This document shows, one piece after another, positions 8,370 to 18,351 of a stretch of 64,000 bases of DNA. Every line of letters begins with the position of its first letter. Positions within the stretch are counted from its first letter, which is position 1. Where the stretch lies: contig CATONV010000001.1 in assembly GCA_951801655.1 (NCBI GenBank), positions 21,439 through 85,438 on the forward strand, written 5' to 3'. This DNA comes from an uncultured Oscillospiraceae bacterium (GTDB taxonomy: Bacteria > Bacillota > Clostridia > Oscillospirales > Oscillospiraceae). The position numbers and the translations under genes were made by a program. The notes under the pieces were generated by a model. That model searched no databases, was not told the DNA's origin, and saw nothing but the letters and a program-made list of their open reading frames with translations.

Positions 8370-10009
8370 GACACGTCAACGCTTCCTCCGCCCATGACTC
8401 CGGCGGCTCCGCCCTGGGCCTGGAGAGGTACCAAAATAGTCTCCCCCTCGTCAAGGCCAGAGGTAATCTCCACATAGGTGCCGTCGCCTCCACCCAGAGT
8501 AACGGTGCGCTCCTCAGTCTTGGTGGGGTCAATCACCGATGCTCCGTCGGGGGACAGGCAGCCCTCCAGGGGGACCAGCACCGTATCCCCTCTCTGCACC
8601 GCCGCCGCCGGAACGGACAGGACGTTCTTCATCTGCTCCACAATGATGTCGGCGGACACGTTCATGCCCGGATTCAGCCCGCCGTAATCCTCCAGCAGGA
8701 TGGTGGCGGGATAGGTGGTAAAGCCATTGGTGGTGGTGCCGTTGATACTCACCCGGTCCACCCGACCCTGAAAGACCTGGCCGGGAATGGCGTCGGCAGT
8801 AATATCCACCGTTTGTCCCGCCTGAATCTTACTCAGGTCCAGCTCGCTGATGTTCATCTCCAGCTTTAAGTAGCTCAGGTCATAGATGACGGCCAAGGCC
8901 CCGGACTCAATGTTGTTCACGTTGTCCCCCGCCTTGATGTTCTTCTCGATGACGGTGCCCGAGATGGGGGCGGTAATGGTGTAGTTCTCCAAAGCATCCT
9001 GGGAACGTTGAAGGGCGAGTCGGGCGTTCTCCAGAGCGATGGCCAGGTCCTCCAGGCTGCTCTGGGCGGCGGCGCCGCCCAGACTCGCCAGGGCGCTCCC
9101 GGCGGACACCTTACTGCCGGCGGTAACGCAGACTTCGGTGACCTCGCCGCCGGCCTGGGCCACCACAGTCTGGCGCAGGGCCTCCTCAAAATTGGCGCTG
9201 CCGGCGCAGGCCGCCTCCCCCACCGCAGCGGTGGCGGAGTTGGCGGAGGTGAGGGCGCCGGGGTTGCTTACCCGAATTTTCACCTGGCGCACCAAGGTCC
9301 CGCCCTCTCCCACCAGCTCGGCGGAGGACACCGACTCCACCGTACCGGGCAGGGTCTCCATGGTGCCGGCGATGGTCACCTGGGCTTTCTGTCCGGGCAC
9401 AATTCCCTGGGCCTCGGCGGAGTGGAAGGGCAGGGTCACGGTAAGGGTAGAGGTGTCGGCCACCTCGGCGATGGGGGTGCCGGGGGAAACAATGTCTCCC
9501 CGCTGGACCATCACCCGCTGGACCACCCCGGACCCGCCAGCGCGGACGGTGAGGTTGGCGGCCAGGTCGTCGTAGTTCTTCTGGGCCTGGCGTACAGACA
9601 GCTCCGCCTGGGCAATACTCATCTCCGCATCCTTTGCGTCCAGACGGTAGAGGACGTCCCCCTTCTCCACCTGATCGCCCACCTCAAAGGGTGCCTCCAG
9701 CACCTCGCCAGTGACCAGGGGCTTGAGGTAGTAGGAGTCGATGGGGGTAACGGTGCCCGTGCCGGACACCCCCGCCGTCAGATCCCGGCGCTGGACGGTG
9801 TCCGGGGTGTACTGCCCAAGGGCGGGCGTTCCTCCCCCGGAGGATTTCAGGAAAAACCAGCACCCTCCCAGCAGCACCACGGCGGCGATGATCCCCCGGC
9901 GCACCCACTTTTTCCCCTTTTTGGGCAAATGGGGGACGGGGAATCTGCGTCCTTTCCCTTCTTTGGGCGTCTGAGGCGCCTGGGGCGTTAACACATTTGT
10001 TGTTTCCAT
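8366..10009 (-). CDS. Efflux periplasmic adaptor / HlyD-family membrane fusion protein (YknX/MacA-like)
   Basis: Start reassigned to METTNV (ATG 10009, AAGGAGA RBS); one N-terminal TM; EVGDQVEKGDVL, ITAPISGTV, LNPGMNV, VEITSGLDEGE. Confidence 0.88.
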   Translation of the reverse strand: METTNVLTPQAPQTPKEGKGRRFPVPHLPKKGKKWVRRGIIAAVVLLGGCWFFLKSSGGGTPALGQYTPDTVQRRDLTAGVSGTGTVTPIDSYYLKPLVTGEVLEAPFEVGDQVEKGDVLYRLDAKDAEMSIAQAELSVRQAQKNYDDLAANLTVRAGGSGVVQRVMVQRGDIVSPGTPIAEVADTSTLTVTLPFHSAEAQGIVPGQKAQVTIAGTMETLPGTVESVSSAELVGEGGTLVRQVKIRVSNPGALTSANSATAAVGEAACAGSANFEEALRQTVVAQAGGEVTEVCVTAGSKVSAGSALASLGGAAAQSSLEDLAIALENARLALQRSQDALENYTITAPISGTVIEKNIKAGDNVNNIESGALAVIYDLSYLKLEMNISELDLSKIQAGQTVDITADAIPGQVFQGRVDRVSINGTTTNGFTTYPATILLEDYGGLNPGMNVSADIIVEQMKNVLSVPAAAVQRGDTVLVPLEGCLSPDGASVIDPTKTEERTVTLGGGDGTYVEITSGLDEGETILVPLQAQGGAAGVMGGGSVDVS

Positions 10010-10284
10010 AGAGATTCTCCTTGTTCCAGTTTTCCGCGGGGGCAGGCCCCTCTCTTTATCTGCACCGGTCTCCCGGTGATGGTCGCAGGGGATATTGTAC
10101 CTGGTAATCCTTACATTTTTCCAAAGAAAAGATAAAAATTTCATTAAAATTTTTCAGGTCTCAGAATCGCCCAAACAGATCCAGCAGACAATAAAGAAAA
10201 GGGGAACACTTTGAGATGGATTTTCCACGCCCCACTCTACACCTTCCCGTTACTGGAAAGTCAAGTGTTTTCAGGAAAAAAAGC

Positions 10285-10315
10285 AAAAAAACCTCCCCAT
10301 GTGCGGGGAGGCTTT
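10285..10315 (-). terminator. Intrinsic terminator of mtlD
   Basis: Minus strand GCCTCCCC-GCACAT-GGGGAGGT followed by a T-run. Confidence 0.75.
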
Positions 10316-10325
10316 GACCTATGAC

Positions 10326-11486
10326 TTATTTCTTGGCAATACTCAGGGCGCGGTACACGTCCAGCACGCGGGTAAACAGGGCGTCCTCCTGCTTCAGACC
10401 GGTGTACTGCTCCAGGGCCTTTTCCACGCCGCCGGTCTCAATGGACTTCATCAGCTCCACACTCTGCTCATCCTCGGGGCAGTTGAAGTGGAGGGCGGCG
10501 GCGGCGCCGAAGATCAGGTGGTCCACACACAGGCCGTAGCCGTAGGCGGTCATCAGGGGCTTCATCAGCCGGTCGGTAGGGGCCAGCTTGCGGATGGGCT
10601 CCCGGGCCACTCGCTGGGTCTCGTCGGCCAGGAACGGGTTCTGGAACCGGGCGAAGATGCTCTCGACATAGGCGTGATGGGCGTCGGGGTCGAAGCCGAA
10701 CTTCTGAATGAGTCCCTCGCCGCTCTCCCACATAGCCTGGTGGACCAGCGTGCCGATGGCAGGGTCGGCAATACTCTCCACAATGGTCTTGTAGCCCTTC
10801 AGGGTGCCCAAGTAGGCGCAGATGGCGTGGCCGCTGTTCAGGGTAAACAGCTTGCGCTCCAGGTAGGCGTCCAGGTCGTCCACCCAGCCCAGGCCCTGAA
10901 TTTCGGGCCTCTCGCCCTTCCAGCCGCCCTTTTCCACGTCCCACTCGGTGTACTGCTCCACTGCCACGTCCAGGGGGTTTTCAAAGCTGGCCTTGGGGAC
11001 GATGCGGTCCACGGCGCAATCGGCAAAGCCCACATACTCCTTGGCGTAGGCGATCTCCTCCTCGTTCAGGTTGCTGTAGACGGCATCCCGCAGCTGGCTG
11101 GTGCCCCGGATGGCGTTCTCGCAGGCTACCACATTGAGGATCTGGGTACTCCCCGCCGCCTTCCGGGCCCTGATGCCCGCGGCGATGGGCTTGGCCACAA
11201 TGGGCAGGATGCGCAGGCCCACGGCGGTGGTGATGATCTCGCAGTCGCCGGCGATGGCCTGGGCCAGCTCCGGGCCGGCGGAGGAGATCCCGCTGATGTT
11301 GGTGACCGTCCACTGGGCGCACTCCCTGTCCTGAATGTGTACAGTGTACTGCTTCCTCTCGTTGATGGCGGAAATCAGGTTCTCCGCCACGTCGGCAAAG
11401 GTGACATGGTAGCCGCTCTTCTCCAGCAGTGCGCCGATAAAGCCCCGGCCAATGTTGCCCGCACCGATCATAATTGCCTGTTTCAT
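10326..11486 (-). CDS. mtlD: Mannitol-1-phosphate 5-dehydrogenase
   Basis: GAGNIGRGFIG, ITTAVG, VACEN, AVDRIVP, YLERKLFTLNSGHA, RVAREPIRKL. Confidence 0.96.
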   Translation of the reverse strand: MKQAIMIGAGNIGRGFIGALLEKSGYHVTFADVAENLISAINERKQYTVHIQDRECAQWTVTNISGISSAGPELAQAIAGDCEIITTAVGLRILPIVAKPIAAGIRARKAAGSTQILNVVACENAIRGTSQLRDAVYSNLNEEEIAYAKEYVGFADCAVDRIVPKASFENPLDVAVEQYTEWDVEKGGWKGERPEIQGLGWVDDLDAYLERKLFTLNSGHAICAYLGTLKGYKTIVESIADPAIGTLVHQAMWESGEGLIQKFGFDPDAHHAYVESIFARFQNPFLADETQRVAREPIRKLAPTDRLMKPLMTAYGYGLCVDHLIFGAAAALHFNCPEDEQSVELMKSIETGGVEKALEQYTGLKQEDALFTRVLDVYRALSIAKK

Positions 11487-11784
11487 AACTGTTTCCTCTC
11501 CTTTTCATAAAAATTCCCATGTCTTTGGGTCTCATTGGCTATAGTATAGCATTCCCCTCCCGGCTCCGCAAGACAGGAAAGTACCAAAAAAATTCAAGAA
11601 AATTCGATCAAAATCCGTCAAATGAGCGATTGTGATTATTTCAGGGTTTCTGTCGTTTTTCTTTCTGATCTCATTCTGGCTTTCAAAGAGTCAAATACCG
11701 TCTCTCCCCTGATTTTTCCGGTCATTTGTAGGACTGCACAAAAATAAAATGGATATTTTGTGCAGAAAGTTAAGGGGAAATTGA

Positions 11785-11813
11785 TTGACATCCCCCTCCG
11801 TCTGTGGTAAGAT
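11785..11813 (+). promoter_or_regulatory. Sigma-A promoter of the deoR-ptsH-ptsI-mtlA operon
   Basis: TTGACA-17 bp-TAAGAT with extended TG. Confidence 0.75.
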
Positions 11814-11871
11814 TTCTTCAGTCAAAAACAATCAACAGAGCAAAATCAATCAGCAAAAAAGGGGGGATTCC

Positions 11872-12615
11872 ATGCTGGCCGAACAGCGTGCCCGAATCAT
11901 CCTGGAACAGCTCTCCCAGCACCAGACCGTCAGCGTGACCGACCTGTGTCAAACCACCGGCGCCTCAGAAGCCACCATCCGCCGGGACCTGAATGCCCTG
12001 GCCCGCCAGGGCCGGCTGGTCAAGATACACGGCGGGGCCACCAGTCTGGAGGAGGAAGAGTTTCTGGCCCGGGAACCCGATTTAGCCACCAAGCAGCGAT
12101 ACGCCCGGGAGAAGGAGTGCATCGCCCGCTACGCCGCCAGCCTGGTGGGAGACGACGACGTGGTCTATCTGGACACAGGCACAACCTCCCTCCACATGGC
12201 CAACCACCTGAAAGACTCCAAGGCCTTGTTTGTCACCAGCAGCATCGACTTTGCAGGTATGCTCTCCGCCCACGAGCGCCGCGTCTATATTCTGGGGGGC
12301 GCCCTGAAGCCGGGCACGGTGGATATTGTGGGGGCCGAGGCCCTGGCCGCCATCCGCCATTATAACTTTACCAAGGTTTTTCTGGGCACAAGCGGCGTCA
12401 GTCTCAGCCAGGGCTTTACCACCCCAGACCCGGAGGCCGCCGCCCTCAAGGCGCTGGCCGCCTCCAGGTCCCACTCCGTATACATGCTGGCCGACTCCAG
12501 CAAATTCGGCCGGGTCACCGCCGCCACCATTCTCCCTCTGAACGAGGCCCAGATTATCACCGACCGGCTTCCCGACCGGAAATATCTGGACAGCACCGAC
12601 ATCATTGCAGTGTAA
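11872..12615 (+). CDS. DeoR/FruR-family transcriptional regulator
   Basis: Start MLAEQR; SEATIRRDL...KIHGGA HTH, YLDTGTT, LADSSKFG. Confidence 0.92.
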   Translation: MLAEQRARIILEQLSQHQTVSVTDLCQTTGASEATIRRDLNALARQGRLVKIHGGATSLEEEEFLAREPDLATKQRYAREKECIARYAASLVGDDDVVYLDTGTTSLHMANHLKDSKALFVTSSIDFAGMLSAHERRVYILGGALKPGTVDIVGAEALAAIRHYNFTKVFLGTSGVSLSQGFTTPDPEAAALKALAASRSHSVYMLADSSKFGRVTAATILPLNEAQIITDRLPDRKYLDSTDIIAV

Positions 12616-12687
12616 GTCAATCTTGTTCTCTAAATGCTGTGTGCAACAGTATGAGATAATAAACAATTTGGAAAGGATGTATTCACT

Positions 12688-12954
12688 ATGGTATCCAAAA
12701 ACGTTAAAGTCATCAATCCCCAGGGTCTGCACATGCGCCCCGCCCAGCTGTTTGTGGCCGAGATGGCCAAGTACGACAGCACCGTTACCATCATCTTCGG
12801 CGAGAAGACCATTAACGCCAAGAGCATCATGAATCTGATGGCCTCCTGCATCAAGATGGACAGCGAGATCGAGATCCGCTGCGAAGGGGCTCAGGAGGTT
12901 GAGGCCCTGGATGCCGCCGTCAAGCTGGTGGAGTCCGGTTTGGGCGACCTGTAA
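12688..12954 (+). CDS. ptsH: Phosphocarrier protein HPr
   Basis: GLHMRPA (His15) and NAKSIM (Ser46). Confidence 0.95.
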   Translation: MVSKNVKVINPQGLHMRPAQLFVAEMAKYDSTVTIIFGEKTINAKSIMNLMASCIKMDSEIEIRCEGAQEVEALDAAVKLVESGLGDL

Positions 12955-12968
12955 AGGGGAGGCGCGCC

Positions 12969-14681
12969 ATGGTTCTGAAAGGAATCAACGCCTCAGACGG
13001 CGTCGGCCTGGGCTGCGCCGTCTGTGTGCGGGAGGAAAGTCTGGATTACTCCGACGTCCCCTACTCCGGCAAAGAGGCCGAGAAGACCCGGCTGCAAAAC
13101 GCCATCGATGAGTTCAACCAGCGCACCGCCGCCATGGCCGACCACATCCGGGAGAACACCGGTCCCAAGGAGGCGGAGATTCTCACCGGCCAGATCACCA
13201 TGCTGGCCGACCCCTTCATGCTTTCCCAAATGCAGGAGGCCATCGACGGCGGCTCCTGCGCCGAGGCCGCGGCCGACACCGTATGCACCATGTACGCCGA
13301 CATGTTCGCCGGCGTGGACGACGAGCTGATGCGTCAGCGGGCCACCGACGTCCGGGACATCCGCGCCCGGCTGCTGTCTATTCTGATGGGCGTCACCGGC
13401 CTGGATCTCAGCGCCCTGCCCGCCGGCACCATCCTGGTGGCCCACGACCTCACCCCCTCCATGACAGTGGGGCTGAACAAGGAGAACGTGGTCGGCATCG
13501 TCACCGAGACCGGCGGCCGCACCAGCCACTCCGCCATCCTGGCCCGGGCCCTTCAGCTGCCCGCCGTACTCTCCATCCCCAAGGCGCTGGACCTGATCAA
13601 AGACGGCGACGGCCTGATCGTGGACGGCGGCGAGGGCGTGGTGGTCCTCAGCCCCGACGCCCGCACCCGCAGCGAATATCTGGCCAAGCAGAAGGATTTT
13701 CTGGAAAAGACGGCCGCCCTGGAAATCTACCGGGATAAGCCCACCGCCGACGCCGACGGCAAATACTACCACCTCTACGCCAACATCGGCTCCGCCGCCG
13801 AGGCGGAAGCAGCCGCCCAGTCCGGCGCCGAGGGCATCGGCCTGTTCCGCACCGAGTTTTTGTTCATGGACCGCACCAGCGTCCCCGACGAGACGGTGCA
13901 GTACGAGGCCTACCACACCGTCTCTAAGACCATGGCCGGGAAAGAGGTTATCATCCGCACCCTGGACGTGGGCGGCGACAAGGCCATCGAATATCTTGGC
14001 ATGGAGAAGGAGGAGAACCCCTTCCTGGGTCACAGAGCAATCCGCTACTGCCTGGACCGCCCCGAGCTGTATAAGGTTCAGCTCCGGGCCCTGCTCCGGG
14101 CGGGCGCCGAGGAGAAAAACATCAAAATCATGCTCCCCCTGGTAACCTGCGTGGAAGAGGTACTCTCCGCGCGGGAGCTGCTGGAGGTCTGCAAAAAGGA
14201 GCTGGCCGAGGCCGGCATCCCCTATGACGCCGACATCGCTCTGGGAGCCATGGTCGAGACACCCGCCGCCGCTCTCATCGCCGATCTGCTGGCCCAGGAG
14301 TGCGACTTCTTCTCCATCGGCACCAACGACCTGACCCAGTACACCATGGCCGTGGACCGGGGCAACGCCAAGGTGGAAAGTCTCTACACCCCCTTCCAGC
14401 CCGCGGTGCTGCGTTCCATCCGGAACATCATTTCCGCCGGCAAGCGGGCCGGCATCCCGGTGGGCATGTGCGGCGAGGCTGCCGCCGATCCCGGTCTCAT
14501 CCCCCTGCTCATGTGCTGGGGCCTGGATGAGTTCTCGGTGAGTTCCGCCTCGGTGCTGGCCACCCGGGCCCAAATCCACCGCTGGCACGAGAAGGACTTC
14601 CACCGCGTCACCGAGGAAGCCATGGGTCTTTCCACCGCCTCCGGCGTGGAGGGGTATCTGAAGGCCACCGTGAATAAATAA
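12969..14681 (+). CDS. ptsI: PEP-protein phosphotransferase (PTS enzyme I)
   Basis: GGRTSHSAILAR, GIGLFRTEFL, RTLDVGGDK, FSIGTNDLTQY, GMCGE. Confidence 0.97.
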   Translation: MVLKGINASDGVGLGCAVCVREESLDYSDVPYSGKEAEKTRLQNAIDEFNQRTAAMADHIRENTGPKEAEILTGQITMLADPFMLSQMQEAIDGGSCAEAAADTVCTMYADMFAGVDDELMRQRATDVRDIRARLLSILMGVTGLDLSALPAGTILVAHDLTPSMTVGLNKENVVGIVTETGGRTSHSAILARALQLPAVLSIPKALDLIKDGDGLIVDGGEGVVVLSPDARTRSEYLAKQKDFLEKTAALEIYRDKPTADADGKYYHLYANIGSAAEAEAAAQSGAEGIGLFRTEFLFMDRTSVPDETVQYEAYHTVSKTMAGKEVIIRTLDVGGDKAIEYLGMEKEENPFLGHRAIRYCLDRPELYKVQLRALLRAGAEEKNIKIMLPLVTCVEEVLSARELLEVCKKELAEAGIPYDADIALGAMVETPAAALIADLLAQECDFFSIGTNDLTQYTMAVDRGNAKVESLYTPFQPAVLRSIRNIISAGKRAGIPVGMCGEAAADPGLIPLLMCWGLDEFSVSSASVLATRAQIHRWHEKDFHRVTEEAMGLSTASGVEGYLKATVNK

Positions 14682-14684
14682 TCT

Positions 14685-14831
14685 GTAGGAGGCAGTCTCC
14701 GCGCCGCCCCGTTCTTCCCCCTGCCGGGGCGGGTATTATCTGCCCGCAAAACCTGTAGGGGCCGCCCCTGGGCGGCCCTCTCCCACGACCTGTGCCAATG
14801 CAGCCGGGCCGCCGAGGACGGCGGCTCCTAC
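14685..14831. repeat. Cluster of GTAG-family REP hairpins (about four arms)
   Basis: GTAGGAGGCAGTCTCCGCGCCGCC, GCGGGTATTATCTGCCCGC, GTAGGGGCCGCCCCTGGGCGGCCC, GCCGCCGAGGACGGCGGCTCCTAC. Confidence 0.7.
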
Positions 14832-14872
14832 ACAGCGCATCCCATCCCTACATCGGAAAGGAGATACTCCCT

Positions 14873-16759
14873 GTGAAAGAACGCGTACAGAAATTTGGGC
14901 GTTTCCTCAGCGGAATGGTCATGCCCAACATCGGGGCCTTTATCGCCTGGGGCCTGATCGCCGCCCTGTTTATCCCTGATGGCTGGCTGGGCTGGTGGGG
15001 CCCTGCCGCCACCATCAACAGTATGGTGGGTCCCATGCTGTCCTACCTGCTGCCCATTCTCATCGGCTACACCGGCGGCAAAGTCGTAGGCGGCCAGAAG
15101 GGGGCCGTCACCGGCGCCCTTGCCACCCTGGGCGCCATCGCCTCCACCTCCAGCACCATGTTCATCGGGGCCATGATCTGCGGCCCTCTGGGCGGCTGGT
15201 GCATCAAAAAGTTCGACGAGAAAATGAAGGGCCACATCCCTGCCGGCTTTGAGATGGTGGTCAACAACTTCTCTGTTGGCATCATCGGCGGTATCCTGGC
15301 CGTACTGTCCATTTTTATCATCGGCCCCGCCTGTGTAAAGATCACGGACGTTCTGGGCGCCGGAGTTGGATTCCTGGTGAACAACGGTCTGCTGCCCCTC
15401 ACCGCCGTGCTGGTAGAGCCGGCCAAGGTCCTCTTCCTGAATAACGCCATCAACCACGGCGTCTTCACTCCCATCGGCACCGAACAGGCCGCAGAACTGG
15501 GCAAGTCCATCCTGTTCATGATCGAGTCCAACCCCGGCCCCGGCCTTGGCCTGCTGCTGGCCTACTGCGTGGCCGGCAAGGGCGAGACCCGCTCCTCCGC
15601 CGGCGCCGCCGCCTTTATCCAGTTTGTGGGCGGCATCCACGAGATCTACTTCCCCTATGTGCTGATGAACCCCATCGTCATCCTTGGGCCCATGCTGGGC
15701 AACGTGGCCGGCATCTTCACCCTGTCCATCCTGGGCGGCGGCCTGGTGGCCGCAGCCTCCCCCGGGTCTATCATCGCCGAACTGCTCATGACCCCCAAGG
15801 GCGGGTACTTCGCCAATGCTGCGGGCATCGCTGTGGCTGCCGCAGTCAGCTTCGCCATCTCCGTCTTCCTGCTGAAGTTCTTCGGCAAGGACGCCGACCT
15901 GGCTGAGGCCCAGGCCCAGGTGGCCGCCTCCAAGGGCCAGGCCCCTGTGGAATCCACCACCGGCGCTTCCGTGGACATCAACTCCGTGAAGAAGATCGTC
16001 TTCGCCTGCGACGCCGGCATGGGCTCCTCCGCCATGGGCGCCACCATGCTGCGCAACAAGCTGAAGGACGCGGGCATCACCGGTATCGAGGTCATCCACC
16101 ACCCCGTGTCTGAGATCCCCGGCGACTGCCAAATCGTGGTCACCCACCACGAGCTGTCCGGTCGGGCCGCCCAGCGCGCCCCCCAGGCCCGAATTGTCCC
16201 CATCCACAACTTTATGGGCGCCCCCGAGTACGACACCCTGGTCAACGAGCTTCTCCAGGCCCGGAAGGGCTCCGCCTCCTCGCCCGCCGCTCCCGTGGAG
16301 GCCCCCAAGGCTGAGGCCGCCCCCGCCGGCGACACCCTGCTGGAGAAGAAGAACATCGTTCTCAACTGCACCCCCGTCACCCCCGAGGAGGCCATCCGCG
16401 CCTGCGGACGGTTGATGGTAGACAGCGGCTACGTGGACGAGGCCTACATCCAGGGCATGCTGGACCGGGAAGCCAGCTTCTCTGTGGCCATCGGCAGCCA
16501 CGTGGCCATCCCCCACGGCACCAACGACGTCAAGCCTTTGATCAAGCGCACCGGCGTTGTGGTCATGACCTATCCCGACGGCATTGACTGGAACGGCGAC
16601 AAGGTCAAGCTGGTGGTCGGCATTGCCGCCAAGGGCGAGGAGCACCTGGAGGTGCTGGGCCGCATCGTGGCCATCGCCTCTACTGACGAGGACACCGACA
16701 AGCTGGTGGCCTCCGCCGACGCCGAACGTCTCTTCCACAGTCTCAACGGACTGGCCTGA
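14873..16759 (+). CDS. mtlA: PTS mannitol transporter, fused EIICBA
   Basis: Start reassigned to GTG 14873 (AAGGAG RBS); VQKFGRFLSGMVMPNIGAFIAWG, FACDAGMGSS (IIB), VAIPHGT (IIA). Confidence 0.95.
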   Translation: MKERVQKFGRFLSGMVMPNIGAFIAWGLIAALFIPDGWLGWWGPAATINSMVGPMLSYLLPILIGYTGGKVVGGQKGAVTGALATLGAIASTSSTMFIGAMICGPLGGWCIKKFDEKMKGHIPAGFEMVVNNFSVGIIGGILAVLSIFIIGPACVKITDVLGAGVGFLVNNGLLPLTAVLVEPAKVLFLNNAINHGVFTPIGTEQAAELGKSILFMIESNPGPGLGLLLAYCVAGKGETRSSAGAAAFIQFVGGIHEIYFPYVLMNPIVILGPMLGNVAGIFTLSILGGGLVAAASPGSIIAELLMTPKGGYFANAAGIAVAAAVSFAISVFLLKFFGKDADLAEAQAQVAASKGQAPVESTTGASVDINSVKKIVFACDAGMGSSAMGATMLRNKLKDAGITGIEVIHHPVSEIPGDCQIVVTHHELSGRAAQRAPQARIVPIHNFMGAPEYDTLVNELLQARKGSASSPAAPVEAPKAEAAPAGDTLLEKKNIVLNCTPVTPEEAIRACGRLMVDSGYVDEAYIQGMLDREASFSVAIGSHVAIPHGTNDVKPLIKRTGVVVMTYPDGIDWNGDKVKLVVGIAAKGEEHLEVLGRIVAIASTDEDTDKLVASADAERLFHSLNGLA

Positions 16760-16786
16760 TTGCGCCGGACTTTGCCATAAATTCAA

Positions 16787-16830
16787 GACGCGTCCCCGCC
16801 CTTTCGTTTTGGCGGGGACGCGTCATTTCC
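16787..16830 (+). terminator. Intrinsic terminator after mtlA
   Basis: GACGCGTCCCCGCC...GGCGGGGACGCGTC-ATTTC. Confidence 0.7.
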
Positions 16831-16899
16831 TCTCTCCCTTCCCTCTCTTTGCAGGATTTTATGCAAAAATCTTTTCTTCATGAATTTTTGAATTTAATC

Positions 16900-16928
16900 T
16901 TGCGTTTTTACCGCCGGTACATTATAAT
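16900..16928 (+). promoter_or_regulatory. Sigma-A promoter of the aminotransferase gene
   Basis: TTGCGT-17 bp-TATAAT. Confidence 0.65.
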
Positions 16929-16998
16929 GTGTCTATTATGCGGGGAGCGTTCCCCATTTCAATGAAATAACAACGTTGGCGGACGAAAGGGAGTTAAA

Positions 16999-18279
16999 AT
17001 GATGAAAAAATTCCTGGAAATGACAAAAGATGAACTTTTAGCCCAGCGGGAGCAGCTGGATCAGGCCTACTCCCGGCTGAAGGCCCAGGGCCTTAAGCTG
17101 AACATGGCCCGGGGCAAGCCGGGCCGTGACCAGCTGGAGCTGTCTTCTCCCATGCTGGACACCCTCAACGCCCAAAGCAGCTGCATTACGGACAGCGGCG
17201 TGGACTGCCGCAACTACGGCGAGCTGCCCGGCATCCCCGAGGCCAGAAAACTCTTCGGCGACTACATGGGGGTGTCTCCCGAGGAGACCATCGTGGTGGG
17301 TTCTGCCTCTCTCACCTTTATGTACGACTGCATGAGCCGGGCCATGCTGCTGGGGGTGCTGGGCGGCGACAAACCCTGGTGCAAGTATGACAAGGTGAAG
17401 TTCCTCTGCCCTGTCCCGGGCTACGACCGGCACTTCACCATCTGCGAAACTCTGGGCATCGAGATGATCAACATTCCTCTCACCGAGTGGGGCCCGGACA
17501 TGGACCTGGTGGAAAAGCTGACGGCTGAGGACGAGACCGTGAAGGGTATCTGGTGTGTGCCCAAGTACACCAACCCGCTGGGCGGCTCCTACTCCGACGA
17601 GGCGGTGCGCCGTCTGGCCTCTCTGAAGCCCGCCGCCAAGGACTTCCGCCTTTTCTGGGACAACGCCTACGCCGCCCACTACGTCTACGAGGACACCCCG
17701 GTTCTCAACATTCTGGAGGAGTGCAAAAAAGCGGGCAATCCCGACATGGTCTACATGTTCGCCTCCACCTCCAAAATCACCTTCCCCGGGGCGGGGGTGG
17801 CCTTCTTCGCCGCCTCCAGGGCCAACGTGGACTTCACCCTCAAGCAGCTGGACGCCCAGGCCATCAGCTGGGATAAGCTGAACATGCTGCGCCACGTTCG
17901 TTTCTTCCGGGATCTGGACGGAATTCGGGCTCAAATGGACAAACACGCCGCCATTCTGCGTCCCAAGTTCGACGCGGTTCTCTCCACTCTGGATGCAGAG
18001 ATAGGCGGCACCGGAGTCGGGACCTGGGTCAAGCCCAAGGGGGGCTACTTTGTCACCTACATGGCCATGCCCGGCTGCGCCAAGCGGATCGTTCTGCTGT
18101 GTAAGGAGGCCGGCGTGGTCCTCACCGGGGCCGGGGCCACCCACCCCTACCACAAGGACCCCGAAGACAGCTATATCCGTCTCGCCCCCTCCTTCCCCTC
18201 CCCCGCCGAGCTGGCCCAGGCCATGGAGGTGTTCTGCGTCGCTGCCAAGCTGGCCGCCGTGGAGAAGCTGCTGGGCTGA
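16999..18279 (+). CDS. PLP-dependent aminotransferase (AspAT-like subgroup, class I/II fold)
   Basis: LNMARGKP, CPVPGYDRHF, CVPKYTNP, WDNAY, ASTSKITF, IRLAPSFP. Confidence 0.9.
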   Translation: MMKKFLEMTKDELLAQREQLDQAYSRLKAQGLKLNMARGKPGRDQLELSSPMLDTLNAQSSCITDSGVDCRNYGELPGIPEARKLFGDYMGVSPEETIVVGSASLTFMYDCMSRAMLLGVLGGDKPWCKYDKVKFLCPVPGYDRHFTICETLGIEMINIPLTEWGPDMDLVEKLTAEDETVKGIWCVPKYTNPLGGSYSDEAVRRLASLKPAAKDFRLFWDNAYAAHYVYEDTPVLNILEECKKAGNPDMVYMFASTSKITFPGAGVAFFAASRANVDFTLKQLDAQAISWDKLNMLRHVRFFRDLDGIRAQMDKHAAILRPKFDAVLSTLDAEIGGTGVGTWVKPKGGYFVTYMAMPGCAKRIVLLCKEAGVVLTGAGATHPYHKDPEDSYIRLAPSFPSPAELAQAMEVFCVAAKLAAVEKLLG

Positions 18280-18310
18280 GAACGCCGCCGTCTCTCCGGT
18301 CTCTGCTTGT

Positions 18311-18351
18311 TAAAAAACGGCGTCCGCCTATGAAGCGGACGCCGTTTTTTA
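18311..18351. terminator. Bidirectional intrinsic terminator
   Basis: AAAAAACGGCGTCCGC-CTATGAA-GCGGACGCCGTTTTTT. Confidence 0.9.

Noticed and set aside
14685-14831. Repeated hairpins considered as a CRISPR mini-array
   Set aside because: Arms are not identical direct repeats, spacing is irregular and no cas genes are present; they fit REP elements.
12993-16786. Long antisense ORFs opposite ptsI and mtlA (536 and 652 aa)
   Set aside because: Typical high-GC3 mirror frames. The same applies to 1561-2733, 29582-31720, 51185-53008, 54814-56799, 57084-58529 and similar ORFs.
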